A stretch of 64,000 nt of DNA from Octopus vulgaris (GCA_951406725.2 OX597820.1:58280001-58344000), one strand, 5' to 3'. Positions 39,769 through 53,799 are shown, counted from the stretch's first letter. Notes: generated by a model not told the origin, from the letters alone. Program-made: numbers and translations.

Positions 39769-40379
39769 CTTTGTCTTTCAGTATTCAGAGATCATCACTC
39801 TCTCTCTCCACCAACTATTAACTACACTTCTCTCAACTCACTCCACTTACCATTTCCCACTCAACATATTCTCTGGCAGAGTATTTGGGACGTCAGACAA
39901 AATGCTTAGCGGTATTTCTTCTTGCCCTAAGTTCAAATCCCTTCGAAGTCAACTTGGTCTTTCATCTTTTCAGAGTCGATAAAATGAACTACTAGGTGCT
40001 GGGGGGTCGATCTAAACGACTTGCCCTACTTTCCTCAAAATTGTTGACGCTGGACCCTGCAACGAATCGACATCCTTTTCAAGGAGTCTGTGGAGATATC
40101 AGTAACTTCTACGGCATGGAATCCGGGTTACCAGTCCTATGCCTACGAAACTTTAAGCTACATGGGCCTAATTGAATCAAATTGTTTTAGATAATATGTG
40201 TGTGTGTGTGTGTGTGTGTGTGTTTACACACACATGTACACACATATAGTAATAATAATAATAATTAAGATAGCTAGAGGCAGTTCAAAACCAAAAACGA
40301 AATAATTCATCGTCACTAAAAAATGATGAAGAGTATAGGAAGCACCAGTATTACTAGACATAAAAGTTAAAGAACTTTT

Positions 40380-41080
40380 GGATCTATTCCATTTGACGGA
40401 CAGATATTTTAATAATTTTTTTTTTAATTAAACACTTTGAAACTTAGAATACCGATAGAATGTGTTAGATAGAACAGGGTTTACTCTTGACGTTTTTGAC
40501 AAAATTTTGTATTTTAGAAGTTATTTCGTGTTAAAGTTGTTGTATTTGGATAATTTTAACCAATCAATGACGTGTATTCAGCTAAAGAAAATTACCGTTG
40601 CTGTTTGCGAACAACAACTTCCAGGACCATACCAATGAAAGAGCCTCAACCTGGTCGCTCGACACGCTAAAAATAGCAACCAAAGTATCCCCCTACCTAA
40701 ATCATACGTCCATTGTACATAATGTCCTAGATTAACCCTAAAAAAGGCGGTTTGCTGAAGGCTAGAATGTCTTTGATGATAGGTTTGCTGTATCAGGGTT
40801 AATTTGAGGTTAAATAATTACAAAATTATTACTGAGACAGACCAACGACGGAGACTGAATGTGGTTGCATGACCAAACTTTTCTATGTACAGAATAGAAA
40901 AACCTCTGACACGTTCAACCAGTATCCGAAGTTTCAATTTTTGTTTAACTTTAACACGAAATAACTGCTAAAATGCAAAATTTTATCAAAAACGTTATGA
41001 GTAAACCCTGTTCTATGTGACAGAAAGTGTTTAGTTAAAAAATTTAATCCAAAAATCTGTCCGTCAAATGAAATAGATCC
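40380..41080. mobile_element. MITE with long imperfect TIRs (superfamily unassigned)
   Basis: ggatctattccatttgacggacagat...gttatttcgtgttaaagtt (40380-40538) mirrored by aactttaacacgaaataac...atctgtccgtcaaatgaaatagatcc (about 40947-41080). Confidence 0.85.
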
Positions 41081-41156
41081 GCATTTTTTAGCCAAAGAAC
41101 TAATTTTTTTTTATTTAATGACAGGGGTGACAACTTCCACACGGCAATTGAGTGGT

Positions 41157-41205
41157 ATTAGATTGGCATGCCAATTTTGCATGGAATTTAATGCTCATCA
41201 GTAAT
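41157..41205 (-). ncRNA. type I HHR with a single G12-to-A core mutation
   Basis: Minus: auua CUGAUGA GCAU uaaauucc AUGC AAAA UUGGCAUGCCAA UC|uaau; 14-nt palindromic helix III. Confidence 0.8.
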
Positions 41206-41759
41206 GCTTACCCCACGGCGGGTTGTGAAGCTGAATTCTACCCTGTCAATAACTATATACATATATATATATATATGAGTATATATACACGTAGAGTCCA
41301 TTATGTCTGGGAAGAAAGACGGAATGGTCACAGTTGGGACGTCTTTGATTATATCTGTTCAATCAGTTTCAACTCGGAACTAAACAAGAGGTGACGAAGG
41401 GAACGAGATGAGGCAACGAGAGATCCTTTACTTGGTTGATCGAGTTGCTAGAAAGAGCAACCAAATCTTCCTGACGAAGAGAAAACTGAAATTTCCATCT
41501 TCAAGAAAAAAAAATTAAAGTTTCTATTATTTTATAATGTTCGCTTAGGAATTCATTACTTCAAGAAAAGAATAAGACAAAATAGCCATGGCTGGAACGC
41601 CTTTTCTCATAGATCCATTACAATCAGAGCTATCCTGTGGTTAAAACTATATTCTTCACTGAATGATGAATCAGCTAATATATATATGAGTGAATGGACA
41701 AACGAAAAAATGTGGCACTTGGCACGTTTTGTAGAGCTAAACATATTACTTAATAATAG

Positions 41760-42130
41760 CTTGATTCGGTTCCGTGCAAACTTACGTGGCTTGTAAACGA
41801 ACGACGATCCTAGAATCATTTACCCTTATAACACCGAATTTATAACCCTCTAATTGCAAATTACACAGTCCTCTGCACATCATCTGCCAGCTTTTCCAAG
41901 GCTCTACCATTTTATTATTCTTAAAATCTTCCACTTGAGATTCACTAGCTATACATTTGCAATCATTTCCACAGAAACCTTAAAATTTTAATATCACTTC
42001 AAGTGACCTGCAGCCAACCACCCTACTTTCTCAACCTTCCAAACTCCATAACGGACACCTTTCTTATTATATTTCTTACTCCTAAATTTCCACTCCCTTC
42101 CAAATAATTTTCACTCACAGCTAACCAACC
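41760..42130 (-). pseudogene. decayed Penelope-like GIY-YIG C-terminal fragment
   Basis: NLKWKILRIIK...EDCVICN (like i.W.Il....C.lC); similar to SNLEWKILRK near 50490-50520. Confidence 0.45.
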
Positions 42131-42211
42131 GCTAAATTTCGAGAAGTTTCAACATCCGAGATGCATTTGAAACGAAGCACAATTCAGTTTAGGCAAGTCA
42201 AAGATTTGTGA

Positions 42212-42250
<39 letters not shown>

Positions 42251-42356
42251 CAAGAGAGGGATATGACATATATATGTATTTGTTTGTATACGTAGGTATG
42301 TATTTATATATATAAATACACACACACACACAAGCATGTATATATACATACACGAT

Positions 42357-42412
<56 letters not shown>

Positions 42413-42538
42413 CTCACAAACATGAATGTATATATGTATGTGTTGTGTAAAACCTCATTGTTAGTGAGTGAGAGGAAAGTGTTAGGGATAGGAAGAAGAG
42501 AGGGGAAAGAAGCAGGGTAACAGAAACGACATTACAAA

Positions 42539-42601
<63 letters not shown>

Positions 42602-43002
42602 TAACAACAATAATAATAATAATAATGAGAATTCTAAAACTAACCAGTGCACATGTGGTGTTTCCTGTTTGTAGACGCCTCCCTTCCTTTGGAAATGGTT
42701 TATTGGCGAACAAATCAAAATTATAACTATTCCAACATAAACATACATTTCCACAACGCATATATGCACACATATATAAGGTATATATATACACTCACAC
42801 ATCTGAATGTATATTTGTATCAATATACAAAAATAAATATGTGCGTTTGTGTGCATGCATGCATGCGTACGTGTGTGTGTTCGTACGTGCGTGTGTTCAT
42901 GCGAATATATACGACAATGCATGTATGTGCATGCGCACATACATATACATAAATACTTTACATGCATACATACATAAATACTTACATACATACAAAAACA
43001 CG

Positions 43003-43070
<68 letters not shown>

Positions 43071-43269
43071 TACACATTCGCCTTAAATTTCATCAGGATA
43101 TACTAGAGTTTGTATGAGAGAATGCGGTTTTGGCTCGCGCGCATGTATATAATACATTCATACCCAGATAGACAAACCGACAGATAAATAGACACACGTA
43201 CACATGCATAAACGCATGCATAAATATACGGATAATACACACGTATAACACACATACATTATGATAGTA

Positions 43270-43610
43270 TGCTTGTCCCAGTCCTGAAACTGCAGGATGT
43301 CCTCCACTGAGTCCACAAGTCTTGATAGACTAGCAGTGCGCCGTCGGTGTGTCACGGATATAAAATCCAGGCAGAGCTCTGCCCTCTCTCTGGGTTTGTC
43401 AACTGCATACAGTTGCTGAATGTGTAATGAGTTAAAGACAAAAAGCAACTATCCAGTGCTGAATTGGCATTTTATCTATTCACCTTGAGATGACGAAAAG
43501 CTCTGATCACTTCAGCAATACTACAGCTCAGAGCGCAAAGACCCAGAAGAAGCACCAATTATACATTCTTTTGGCTGCAGTAAACAACTCTGCTATTAGG
43601 CTATCAACAG
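43270..43610 (-). pseudogene. decayed RTE-like RT C-terminal fragment
   Basis: SIAEVIRAFRHLK (like RI..A..AF..L) and VEDILQFQDWDK (like lrrILgi.W.dk). Confidence 0.45.
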
Positions 43611-43621
43611 CGTGGTGTATG

Positions 43622-43707
<86 letters not shown>

Positions 43708-43885
43708 AAATAGAGAACTGGCTTCAGAGAATCGAACAGAACTCACTATAAGCTCTCCCGCTAGGAATCGGTTATCAGTTCACAAAGTAATTAAATTCCG
43801 ATGTAGTTTAATTTATTCATGCCATCGAAAATTCAGGATATGCAAGCAATAAGTACTTCCACGAGGAGTAAATAATAATCAGAAA

Positions 43886-45675
43886 ATAAGGAGGTTTGAG
43901 AGTTGAATACGGATTAACCATTTCCATGATTTTCATATGAGTCCAGCTCTTTCATAATCTTCTCAGTGTAGTATTATTAATGTTAACATTCCAAATTAAT
44001 ATATACATTTAAATATGAATTTTTAGCATTATATAATGCAATTGTAAGGCGGCGAGCTGGCAGAAACGTTAGCACGCCGGGCAAAATGCTTAGCGGTATT
44101 TCGTCTGCCGCTACGTTCTGAGTTCAAATTCCGCCGAGGTCGACTTTGCCTTTCAGCCTTTCGGGGTCGATTAAATAAGTACCATTTACGCACTGAGGTT
44201 GATATAATCGACTTCATCCGTTTGTCTGTCCTTGTTTGTCCTCTATGTGCTTAGCCCTTTGTGGGTAGTAAAGAAATAGGTATTTCGTCTGTTTTTATCT
44301 TCTGAGTTCAAATTCAGCCGAGGTCGACTTTGCCTTTCATCCTTCTGGGGTCGATAAATTAGGTATCAGTTGCGCACTGGGGTCAATTTAATCGACTGGC
44401 CCTTCCCCCAAAATTTCGAGCCTTGTGTCTAGTATAGAAAATAATATTTTCTAATCTAGGCACAATGCCCGAAATTTTGAGGGACGGAGCCAGTCGATTA
44501 GATCGAACCCAATACGCAGCTGGTACTTAATTTATCGATCCCGAAAGGATGAAAGGCAAAGTCGACCTCGGCGTCATTTGAACTCAGAACTTAAAGACAG
44601 ACGAAAGCATTTTGCCCGACATGCTAACGTTTCTTATTTCTGTATTACCCACAAGGGGCTAAACATAGAGGGGACAAACAATGACAAAGGGATTAAGTCG
44701 ATTACATCGACCTCAGTGCGTAACTGGTACTTAATTTATCGACCCTGAAAGGATGAAAGGCAAAGTCGACCTCGGCGGAATTTGAACTCAGAACTTAGAG
44801 ACAAACGAAATACTGCTAAGCATTTCGCCCGGCGTGTTAACGTTTCTGCCAGCTCACCGCCATATGTTTAGCATTATAATTTACGTTCAGCATATTCGCA
44901 TTCATGTTTGTGAGTGTGTACATATATATAAATATATGTGATCGGAGTCGATAAAATAAGTCCCAGTTAAACACTGATGTCGATGTAATCGACTCACCCA
45001 CTTTCCCGGAATTGCTGGCCTTGTGCCAAAATTTGAAACCATTATATAATGCAATTGTATATTACAAAATGATATATAAAAGAGAAAACTGTGTCCGTCT
45101 CTAATTTAATGATAGTCTCATAAACCTTGATGGGTGTGGTTTCCAACTGGGTTTTGTGATGCGAAGATCTTTATTTTTATTTTTAATGATTGACAGCAAT
45201 TGACCTTCCGAGATATATTTTGTTTGTTTTGCATAGCAAAACATTTATAATTTCTTTTGAATATTTTCAGTAAAGCTGCCTGCCATAGGGCGTGTTTAAA
45301 AAGGGATTATTTGATAAAATATCATTTTACAAGCTTATTCACCATTTTCAAAAATAGTTTCCATTACAAATGAAATTATTGTGTCTACTTCCAGTTTTGG
45401 CCTTCCATACATTGTGTACAAACCGAATGGGTTTTGTTTGTGTAACAGAGTTGAAACTTTAATGTATCCATGATGTCCCGATATATATGACCTGATGAAT
45501 TATGCTTCCATACCTAATATACAACTGTATTATATAATGTTAAATATGCAATTGATGTAAAATGTTTGTAGTAATTTGGAATGTTAGAGTTAATAATACG
45601 AGTTAGAGAAGATTACGAAACGGCTGTTATCATATGGAAATAATAAATCTTTATTAACTTTTCAAACCTCCTCGC
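43886..45675. mobile_element. mariner-like MITE with long TIRs hosting a SINE A cluster
   Basis: aggaggtttgagagttg...taacattccaaatta (43888-43997) is inverted at 45572-45673 (ttcaaacctcctcg); similarity extends to about 44046 and 45520. Confidence 0.7.
44048..45039. mobile_element. composite SINE A block: plus dimer 44048-44445, minus dimer 44448-44861, plus tail 44942-45039
   Basis: Tail-to-tail inverted copies; whole block flanked by cattatataatgcaattgta at 44027-44046 and 45040-45059. Confidence 0.85.
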
Positions 45676-46508
45676 AGTAAACGTAATACATGTCTTCGCT
45701 AACGAGATCTAAAAAGCTGGAATTGTTAAAAACTACCAAATATCAAGCTTACTTTTCATTCTATTCTATTTTTAATTCATTTTAATTCCAAGGTGATCAT
45801 CCCTGTCTTTCTTGTCCAGAATTTGTCATTGAGATAATTATTTTGTTGCATCAGAACATTTGTACTTTTGATTAAAATATTTAATTCCTTACATCACGCG
45901 TGTTAACAATCACTTTTCCGTAACGGGAAACATCAAATAAAAACAAATAATTGAATTGATATGAAATACTTGTGGTCGAGAGATGTCAAACGAAGACTGT
46001 ATAAGGCGAGATTTGAACTTAGAACGTATAAAAATTGGAACAAAATCTGCGAAGAATTTTTGTTTAACGTTCTGCAAAAAAATTTCCTCACACAATCTTT
46101 TATTACTTTAAATACTGCGTTTAACTACACATTGTAGTTCTGCAAATCCACTGCTATTACAACTACGACCGATCATAATTATGTTTTTTATTGCCTGCAT
46201 GGGTCCAGAATGTTTGGGACAGTCGAAAGAGGTAATACAAGAATATGGTGGGGAGGATGTATCGAATAAAAACGGAATGAATCAACTGTAATAATGAAAA
46301 GTAATTACTGAAAAAATAACAATGAACTGCTAATGATACCAAGGCACATTCCTGGCTGTATGGTTAAAAAGCTCACTTTGCAACCATGTAGATTCAATCC
46401 CATTGCGCGGCATCTTCAGCAATTGTCTTCTATTATAGCCCTTGGGTTAAACAGTGCTTTGTAAGTGAAATTGGCAGGTGGAAACTATGTGTGTGTGTGG
46501 GGGGGTGG

Positions 46509-46574
<66 letters not shown>

Positions 46575-47033
46575 TTTAAGTGAGAGAGCAGCGCATGCCA
46601 TCAACATGATACTGGGGTGAAATTTACGAAGCCCAATATACCCATCATGACTACCCGTCTGATATCATAGGGAGATAAACAGCGCACGACCTTGCAGTTG
46701 GGGCGGAGTTAGAATTTTCTTCAGGTCGAGTAGCCCATGCTGTTCAAAACGCCCCTGAATAAGGGTTACTCTAATCCTAAAGAATTCCTCTCAACACATG
46801 GCTATTTTGCTCCCCCACTACTTTTGCTCGTGATCAGAGATGCACATATCGTCAACCACAAAGGGACATGGTCAACTAGTTAAAGTCAAACAACTGACAA
46901 GCAAATTTGTGGTATTGAGCAGAATATTTGCTGTAGCCCATCTTTTATACCAAGACAAAACATGTACATAACACTTCCAATCAGTTAAGATCAAAAGCCA
47001 TGAGAGCCAGTGCCTGGTACTGCATCAAGGCAT

Positions 47034-47580
47034 TGGCAGAATCATTGGCACGCCGGGTGAAATGTTTAGCAGTATTTCGTCTGCCTTTACGTTCTGAGTT
47101 CAAATACCGCCGAAGTCGAATTTACCGTTCATCCTTTCGGGGTCGATTAAATAAGTACCAGTTACGCTCTGGGGTCGATATAATCGACTTAATCCGTTTG
47201 TCTGTCCTTGTTTGTCTTCTCTGCGTTTACCCCCTTGTGGGAGCAAAGAAATAGGTATTTCGTCTGCCGCTACGTTCTGAGTTCAAATTCAGCCGAGGTC
47301 GAATTTGCCTTTCATCCTTTCGGGGTCGATAAATGAAGTACCAGTGAAACACTAGTCGATGTAATCGACTAGTCCCCTCCCCCAAAATTTCAGGCCTTGT
47401 GCCTTTAGTAGAAAGGTTTATTATTATCATTATTATTCAAACTCCGCCGAGGTTGACTTTGCCTTTCATCCTTTCGGGGTCAATGAAAATAAGTACCAGT
47501 TACACACTGGGGTCGATGTAATCAATCGATTATCCCCCTCCCCCTAAATTTCAGGCCTTGTGTCTATAGTACAAAGGATT
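47034..47580 (+). mobile_element. SINE family A dimer plus truncated monomer
   Basis: Three copies of catcctttcggggtc with linker and caggccttgtg tails. Confidence 0.85.
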
Positions 47581-48342
47581 ATTACTATTAGTATTAATTA
47601 AAACAGTTTGATTCGATGTGTCTGTGTTTGTCCCAGACACACATCGCTTGACAACTGGTGCTGCTTTGTTTGCGGCCCTGTAACTTAATGGTTTGGCAAA
47701 CAAGAATGATAGCATGTTTATAAGACTTTGAAAAAATAAGTACTGAGACCCAGTTTTTCGATTGAAAAAACTCTCCAAATTTGTGCCCCAGCATGACCGC
47801 AGTCTAATGACCGAAACAACTAGAAAATAATAGAAGATAGGTACAACTTCTCTAATTTGCAATATAGGTACGATCGCTTAAATCAATTCCAATATTCTAC
47901 TGGTAATTTATTTTATCAACTATCCAGGAGACTGAAATGGAAAGTCGACTACGGTAAAATTGAACTCAGAACTTCAAACAACGTAACTAAATTCTGTGAG
48001 GCGTTACGTCCGACTCCCTACCGCTTATAGAGATGGGGGTATTTGGTTGCGACTTGTGATCAAAAATGTCAGAAAGGGATCTTATCTATGCATTTTTACA
48101 GCGGCGGCGCCTGGCGGATTTACATTCTAGACTCAACGACGTTATGCCTGACCTGGATATCAACAGATACCCCTGAGACAGTTAAGATTACCATGTCACT
48201 CTGGCACTATCACCCTACCCCGTTATTTGTTAGGCAGTGTTTACAAAGCGATTTCCCTAACACTTTCACACACACCTCCCACCGTCTGTATGTAATTCTC
48301 TTCCTTCTTTCTCTTTTTGGATTCTCTCTCATCTTTACCCCG

Positions 48343-48378
<36 letters not shown>

Positions 48379-49248
48379 CCTCTCTCTATCTATCTATCTC
48401 TCAATATAATCATATCTTTGATAGAAATATACATAGCGAGAAAGGAATGAAATATTTATACATGCACACATATACATAGAAAGATAAAGGGCATGGCCCT
48501 TTATTCTCTTACCCAATATTCAGAAAGTTCTCAAACCGGATGCTGAGCCCAAGTGTAATACTTGAGATATGTACCAAGTAAAACCCCATAATCTCCCACT
48601 TCATTTATCGTAAAACTAGTGATGTTCAACTGTTACTAAAGATATTGATTTAACTTTGTTCCTTCTCTTGTGGATGTACTGTATGCATTTGACTGAGATT
48701 TTTAAAAATCAAAATGTTGCTTCTTATTATTGTTTTAAAGTCAATAAGAGCGTTTGCTTTTACTCAGACGCTCCCCGGTCAACGCTGAGCGAGAAAACCT
48801 ATGATTAAACGCATTCCACTTGTGACTAAATATAGCAATAGATCCAGGCATAACTGTATGATAAAGAAGCTTGCTTTACAACTACATAGTTTTGGGTTCA
48901 GTGCTATATTGGGTAAGTCTCTTCTACTACAGCCCCAACTCGACCAAAGTTTCGTGAGAAAATACAATAGACGGAAAATAAATGGAAGCTCATAGTATGT
49001 ATGTGTATATGTATATATGTGTGTGTATGCGTGTGTGTGTGTGCGTGCACGCGTCAATGTGTGGATGACTTTGCAACTGTGTTTATCATCCCCCATCCGC
49101 CACTTAACAACCAGTGTTGTTTTGTTTGCATCCCCCATAACCTAGTGGTTCGGCAATAGAAACCTATAGAATAAGTACTACTCTTAATTTTTTTAATGTG
49201 TGCGCTGTAAAGTGTATGTGTGTTGAGGCGCGATGGCATGTACATAAA

Positions 49249-49287
49249 TTATCATCATCATTATCATCATCATCATCGTCATTATTA

Positions 49288-49333
<46 letters not shown>

Positions 49334-49470
49334 CATCATTATTATCATTATTATTACTATCATTATTATTATTATCATTATTATCATTATTATCATCATT
49401 ATTATTATTATTATTATTATCATTATTATTACTATCATTATTATTATTATCATTATTATCATTATTATCA

Positions 49471-49519
<49 letters not shown>

Positions 49520-49566
49520 TATTATCATTATTATCATTATTATCATCATTATTATTATCCTTATTA

Positions 49567-49603
<37 letters not shown>
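49249..49603. repeat. compound (ATT/ATC)n trinucleotide microsatellite
   Basis: About 350 bp of att/atc triplets with internal higher-order periodicity. Confidence 0.95.
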
Positions 49604-50115
49604 CCTTGTTTGGATAGACTGCCCTACGAGTTTTACGTTTACGTTCCAGACTTGCTCGGCAACCTCTTTGCAAACGTTTACTGCAACTGGCAACAGAATG
49701 GGAGAATTCCTAGTTTTATGAGCCGAGTAGCGACTAAGAAAAGACCCGAACAAGGGGGATTGTATCGACAACTTTAGGCAGCTGGTTCCGGGCCTGTATA
49801 AAGGGCCTGGGTCGCTACAATGCACAGTGACATCTGTTCAGTGGTCAGAGTGAACGGTCACTTCTCAGAGCTGTTAAACATCATGTGCTCGGTCCGGTAA
49901 GGTTTCCCCCTTCTTGATTCTCTTGGATGTACTGACTCTCAAGCCGCTACTACATAAACTGGAGGTGTTGAGAGACATCCCGCGTGACCTAGGATATGGG
50001 AGATGCGTGTCGGGATATGCCAACGACGTCACTGTAGTGGTATCGGATCATAAACACATAGGGACTACGAGGTGGTTTAACCAGGAAAAATTAGTGGGCT
50101 TGCGGCTCGACACCT
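49604..50115 (+). pseudogene. L1/Tx1-clade RT fragment with internal deletions
   Basis: PCLDRLPYEFY...DLLGNLFANVYCNWQQNGRIP (like PGlDGlPyEfY) and GYANDVTVVV (like YADDvt). Confidence 0.75.
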
Positions 50116-50399
50116 GGAGACACCTTAAAATTTCAAACAAATTTTAATATAGGGTAGGACCGCCTTTGGCAGTAATTACGGCTTGAATTTACAAATACAC
50201 GCACGCACAGACACACATACACTCACACACAAATCTAATCAACAATCAATATTTAATACACATCAAATCGATCTTCAACCACAGTGTAGTAATTTGTCAC
50301 ACACTCATCGCATCCTCAAAAGGTAGGAAAGTCATAGAAATGTTTAGAGAGACATTTGGCAATTTACTTTGCACACTTATATGACTTTTATAATTTCAC

Positions 50400-51776
50400 C
50401 TTAGGTAATACGAAGTTGAGAAATATAGTAATTAGAGAAGCAACGCATTTATAATATTAAAAGTACTGAATAACTAAATAAGCCATTTTCCGAAGTATTT
50501 TCCACTCCAAATTTGACTACTCAGCGTACCTGCACAATTTATTGTTTCAAACTTTAATTCTTCATTTTTGATATAATTTTTAACCAAGTGATAGGTTCAC
50601 CTCAAATCATATATCTTCGCTCCATAATTTTAAATATTCCAAATACTTTTTTTTTAGTGTATTGTTTAATTATTTACTTTAATCATTTTAGTTTCCATCT
50701 TTACACACATCTTAAAACGCAAATTTCCTGAAGTATTTTTTATTAAATATTTTTAATTTCAATTTAATCCTTCCACTTATTTCCCTTTTACATCTGAATT
50801 CTTTTACTATTTTCTATATTTACTTAACCTAATCTCATTTACATTTTTTCATTTTTCTTTTCTTGCTCCCTATAATACTTTATTAATACTTCAATCATCA
50901 TTTTAATAAGAATAGGTTTAAAAAATTTCCCATACAATCTTTTTTTGTACCTTAAATATTTCATTTAGCTGCATATGTTCTTTTTGTTCTATTCATAACA
51001 AGGCTGTTTAATCCTGGTTTTAATTACAATCGTAATTAAATCTTTTTCTCTTTTATAACTCCTTTATTTCTCAAAATAATGGCTTATTTAGTTATTCAGT
51101 ACTTTTAATATTGCTCATAAATACACTGCTTTTCTAATTAGTATATTTCTCAATTTCGTATTACCTAATCCATTCACCTTTCTTGCTTTATTATGCATAT
51201 ACATTTTCAATTATTTAATTTTAACTTTAACCCCTTGTTTTATGCTTACACTTCCGTTTTCCACGAACTTCCCACAACCTATTCATTCTTCCATAAAATT
51301 CATTTGTGTTACAACTTTTCATCACTATCTTGGCATATTAACCTTTTAGCATGAAGTAATTATCCTAACTCGTTTATATTTACGTTTTCATCATTGATCA
51401 TTTAAATAACTTGTGACAGAATGAGTAAGTCCCAATCTCCAACTCATTGCCTAGGAATTGAACCTGAATCACCCGGACAACAAAATACTCAAAATAACCC
51501 CTCTCTGTCTGCGTGGGTTATTTTGAGTATTGTATTGTCCGGGAGTTTCCTCTTATAGTAGAAGAAATAGCTAAGGTTCTTTGGCTGCTATTTCTAAAGT
51601 TCGGTATGTGGTAAAGCAAATTTTTGCTGAACCCTAATTATAATTATACTCATAATTATAAAATATTGTTTAAGTTTACCGAAAAATGATCCTTTTAACA
51701 TGCCGAATACTACTTGGTGGAATTATTAATTACTAGTTAATTAGTTAATTTTACCCTTTATTATTATTGATTATAT

Positions 51777-51780
<4 letters not shown>
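50400..51780. mobile_element. decayed PLE-like remnant with inverted repeats and a terminal segment homologous to the 20903 element
   Basis: IR 50401-50488 vs about 51077-51168; hairpin 51473-51542; 51570-51760 is the reverse-complement homologue of 20918-21075; minus peptide YAKIVMKSCNTNEFYGRMNRL. Confidence 0.5.
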
Positions 51781-51810
<30 letters not shown>

Positions 51811-51831
51811 GTATGTATGTATGTATGTATG

Positions 51832-51867
<36 letters not shown>

Positions 51868-51897
51868 TATATGTATGTATGTATGTATGTGTATATG

Positions 51898-51928
<31 letters not shown>

Positions 51929-52007
51929 GTATGTATGTATGTATGTATATATATGTATGTATGTATATATATACGTATGTATGTATATACATATAATTAT
52001 ATATAAT

Positions 52008-52101
<94 letters not shown>

Positions 52102-52102
<1 letters not shown>

Positions 52103-52650
52103 CAGGTCACTTTCGAGTGCTACTGGTAACATGTAACCCGGTACAACATGTTGCATGGTCGGGTCGTCGGCGACTAAACCGGCAACCCCACCAAGCTTGC
52201 TTGGTGAAGAGGGTGTTTATTGGACACCCTGCGGGATGAAAAACAAAACCCGTCAAAGGGCGGAGGAACTCTTGAGAGTCAAAGACCATCCAATAAATGT
52301 CTTAGGCTGTATCATGCGCGGGGACATAGAAATAATCGGACTGAATACCCGATCGCGCGGTTAAACCATTGGGAGTGAAGGACTCCTAGCCTTTGTTAGG
52401 GCATCCTTCTAGAAGGTAACTCAGGTAACTGGGATAACTCCGACATAAAACCTGCGGCTCAGTGGTTACCGATGATGTTGACTTGTTCTTCATTTCGGAT
52501 TATGGCTGCTGTTGCTTAGTGAGTGAGATTGACTCAGTGCACAGCATTTCCTCACTAAAAAAAAATCTTCTTGCATAGGCATTGCACGTTAACAACATTG
52601 ATTAAGCTTCGTGCTATGGTCATACTCGATAACGAGGGGGCAGCCACCAT
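52102..52650 (+). mobile_element. structured GC-richer non-coding element, RTE 5'-UTR-like
   Basis: Serial hairpins (caccaagc/gcttggtg, agggtgt/acaccct, actc/gagt, atcgg/ccgat, ggagt/actcc, ccttc/gaagg); flanked by microsatellites. Confidence 0.45.
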
Positions 52651-52663
52651 GTATGTATGTATA

Positions 52664-53799
52664 CACAAGGTTGGACAAAATAATGGAAACACTTCAAAAA
52701 TTTAAAACAAATTTTAATATAGGGTAGGACCGCCTTTGGCAGTAATTACAGCTTGAATTCTACGAGGTATGGACTCGTACAAAGTTTGTTTCCAAAGGAA
52801 TTTTTGTCCATTCTTCAGCTAAAACATTCTCTAGTTCTTGTAGTGATTATGGTGGAGAATATTGACTCCTTGTTTTTCTAAAATATTCAATAATATTGAG
52901 ATCTGTGGACTGTGGTTGCCAGATAAGATGTTCAACTTCACTAAAATGTTCCTTGTGCCATTCAGTAACTACTTCAGTTGTGTGAATTGGTGCATTATCA
53001 TCCTGAAAGATTGCGTTTCAATCCAGAATCAGTTCTGCAAACATAGGATGAATTTGATCAGATAAAATGCTTAAATAGTCTTGACTATTAATTCTGCCAT
53101 GAAGGGAAACAATTGGGCCGGAGGATTTCCAAGATATAGCCACCCCAGATCATCACAGACCCTCCTCCGTGTTTAACAGTTGGAAGAAGGCAGTCTGGGT
53201 CAACTGCTTCTATTGTCTGTATCCACACGTATACTCGGTTGGTGGTCGGAAATACGGTAAAGGATGACTCGTCCGAGAAAATAACATTCTTCCACTGCTC
53301 TAGGGACCAATTCTGTAGGTTTTTACTCCACTCTAAACGCTTTGCAACATTTGTTTTTGAAAGTAGTGCTTTTCTGATTGCAGCCCTCCCGTGAAATCCG
53401 GTTTTGTGCAGCTCCCGGCGAAAAGTTTTTGTGGAAACTGGGTTCTCGAGGTGGTCATTAAGCTCTGCAGTAGTTTTGGGGATTCTGATCCTTTCTAACA
53501 ATTAGTGTATGAGTCCGACGGTCCCTATCTGAAAGTTTGGGCTTTCTTCCGGAGTTTTGTTTCGACGAGGTTTTTTCCTCTTTCTCAAAGGCTGTCATTA
53601 CTTTAGAAACAGCACTTCTTGATACACCAAACATTTTAGCTGTTTTCGTTACGGTAGCGCCTGCCATATGAACACCAACAATTTTACCTCTTTGAAAGTC
53701 CGTTAGATCTGTCATTTTAATGAATTTTAAATATCTTTCTCTGATGATATCAGAAAAGAAACAGCTATCATAGCAAAACATATTAAGCAACACTAATAA

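Noticed and set aside
41467-41500. ctgacgaagagaaaactgaaatttc as a hammerhead
   Set aside because: Helix I does not pair and helix II is only 2 bp
49164-49825. Poly-N/D, poly-I and poly-Y/H ORFs
   Set aside because: Read-through of an (ATT/ATC)n microsatellite in several frames
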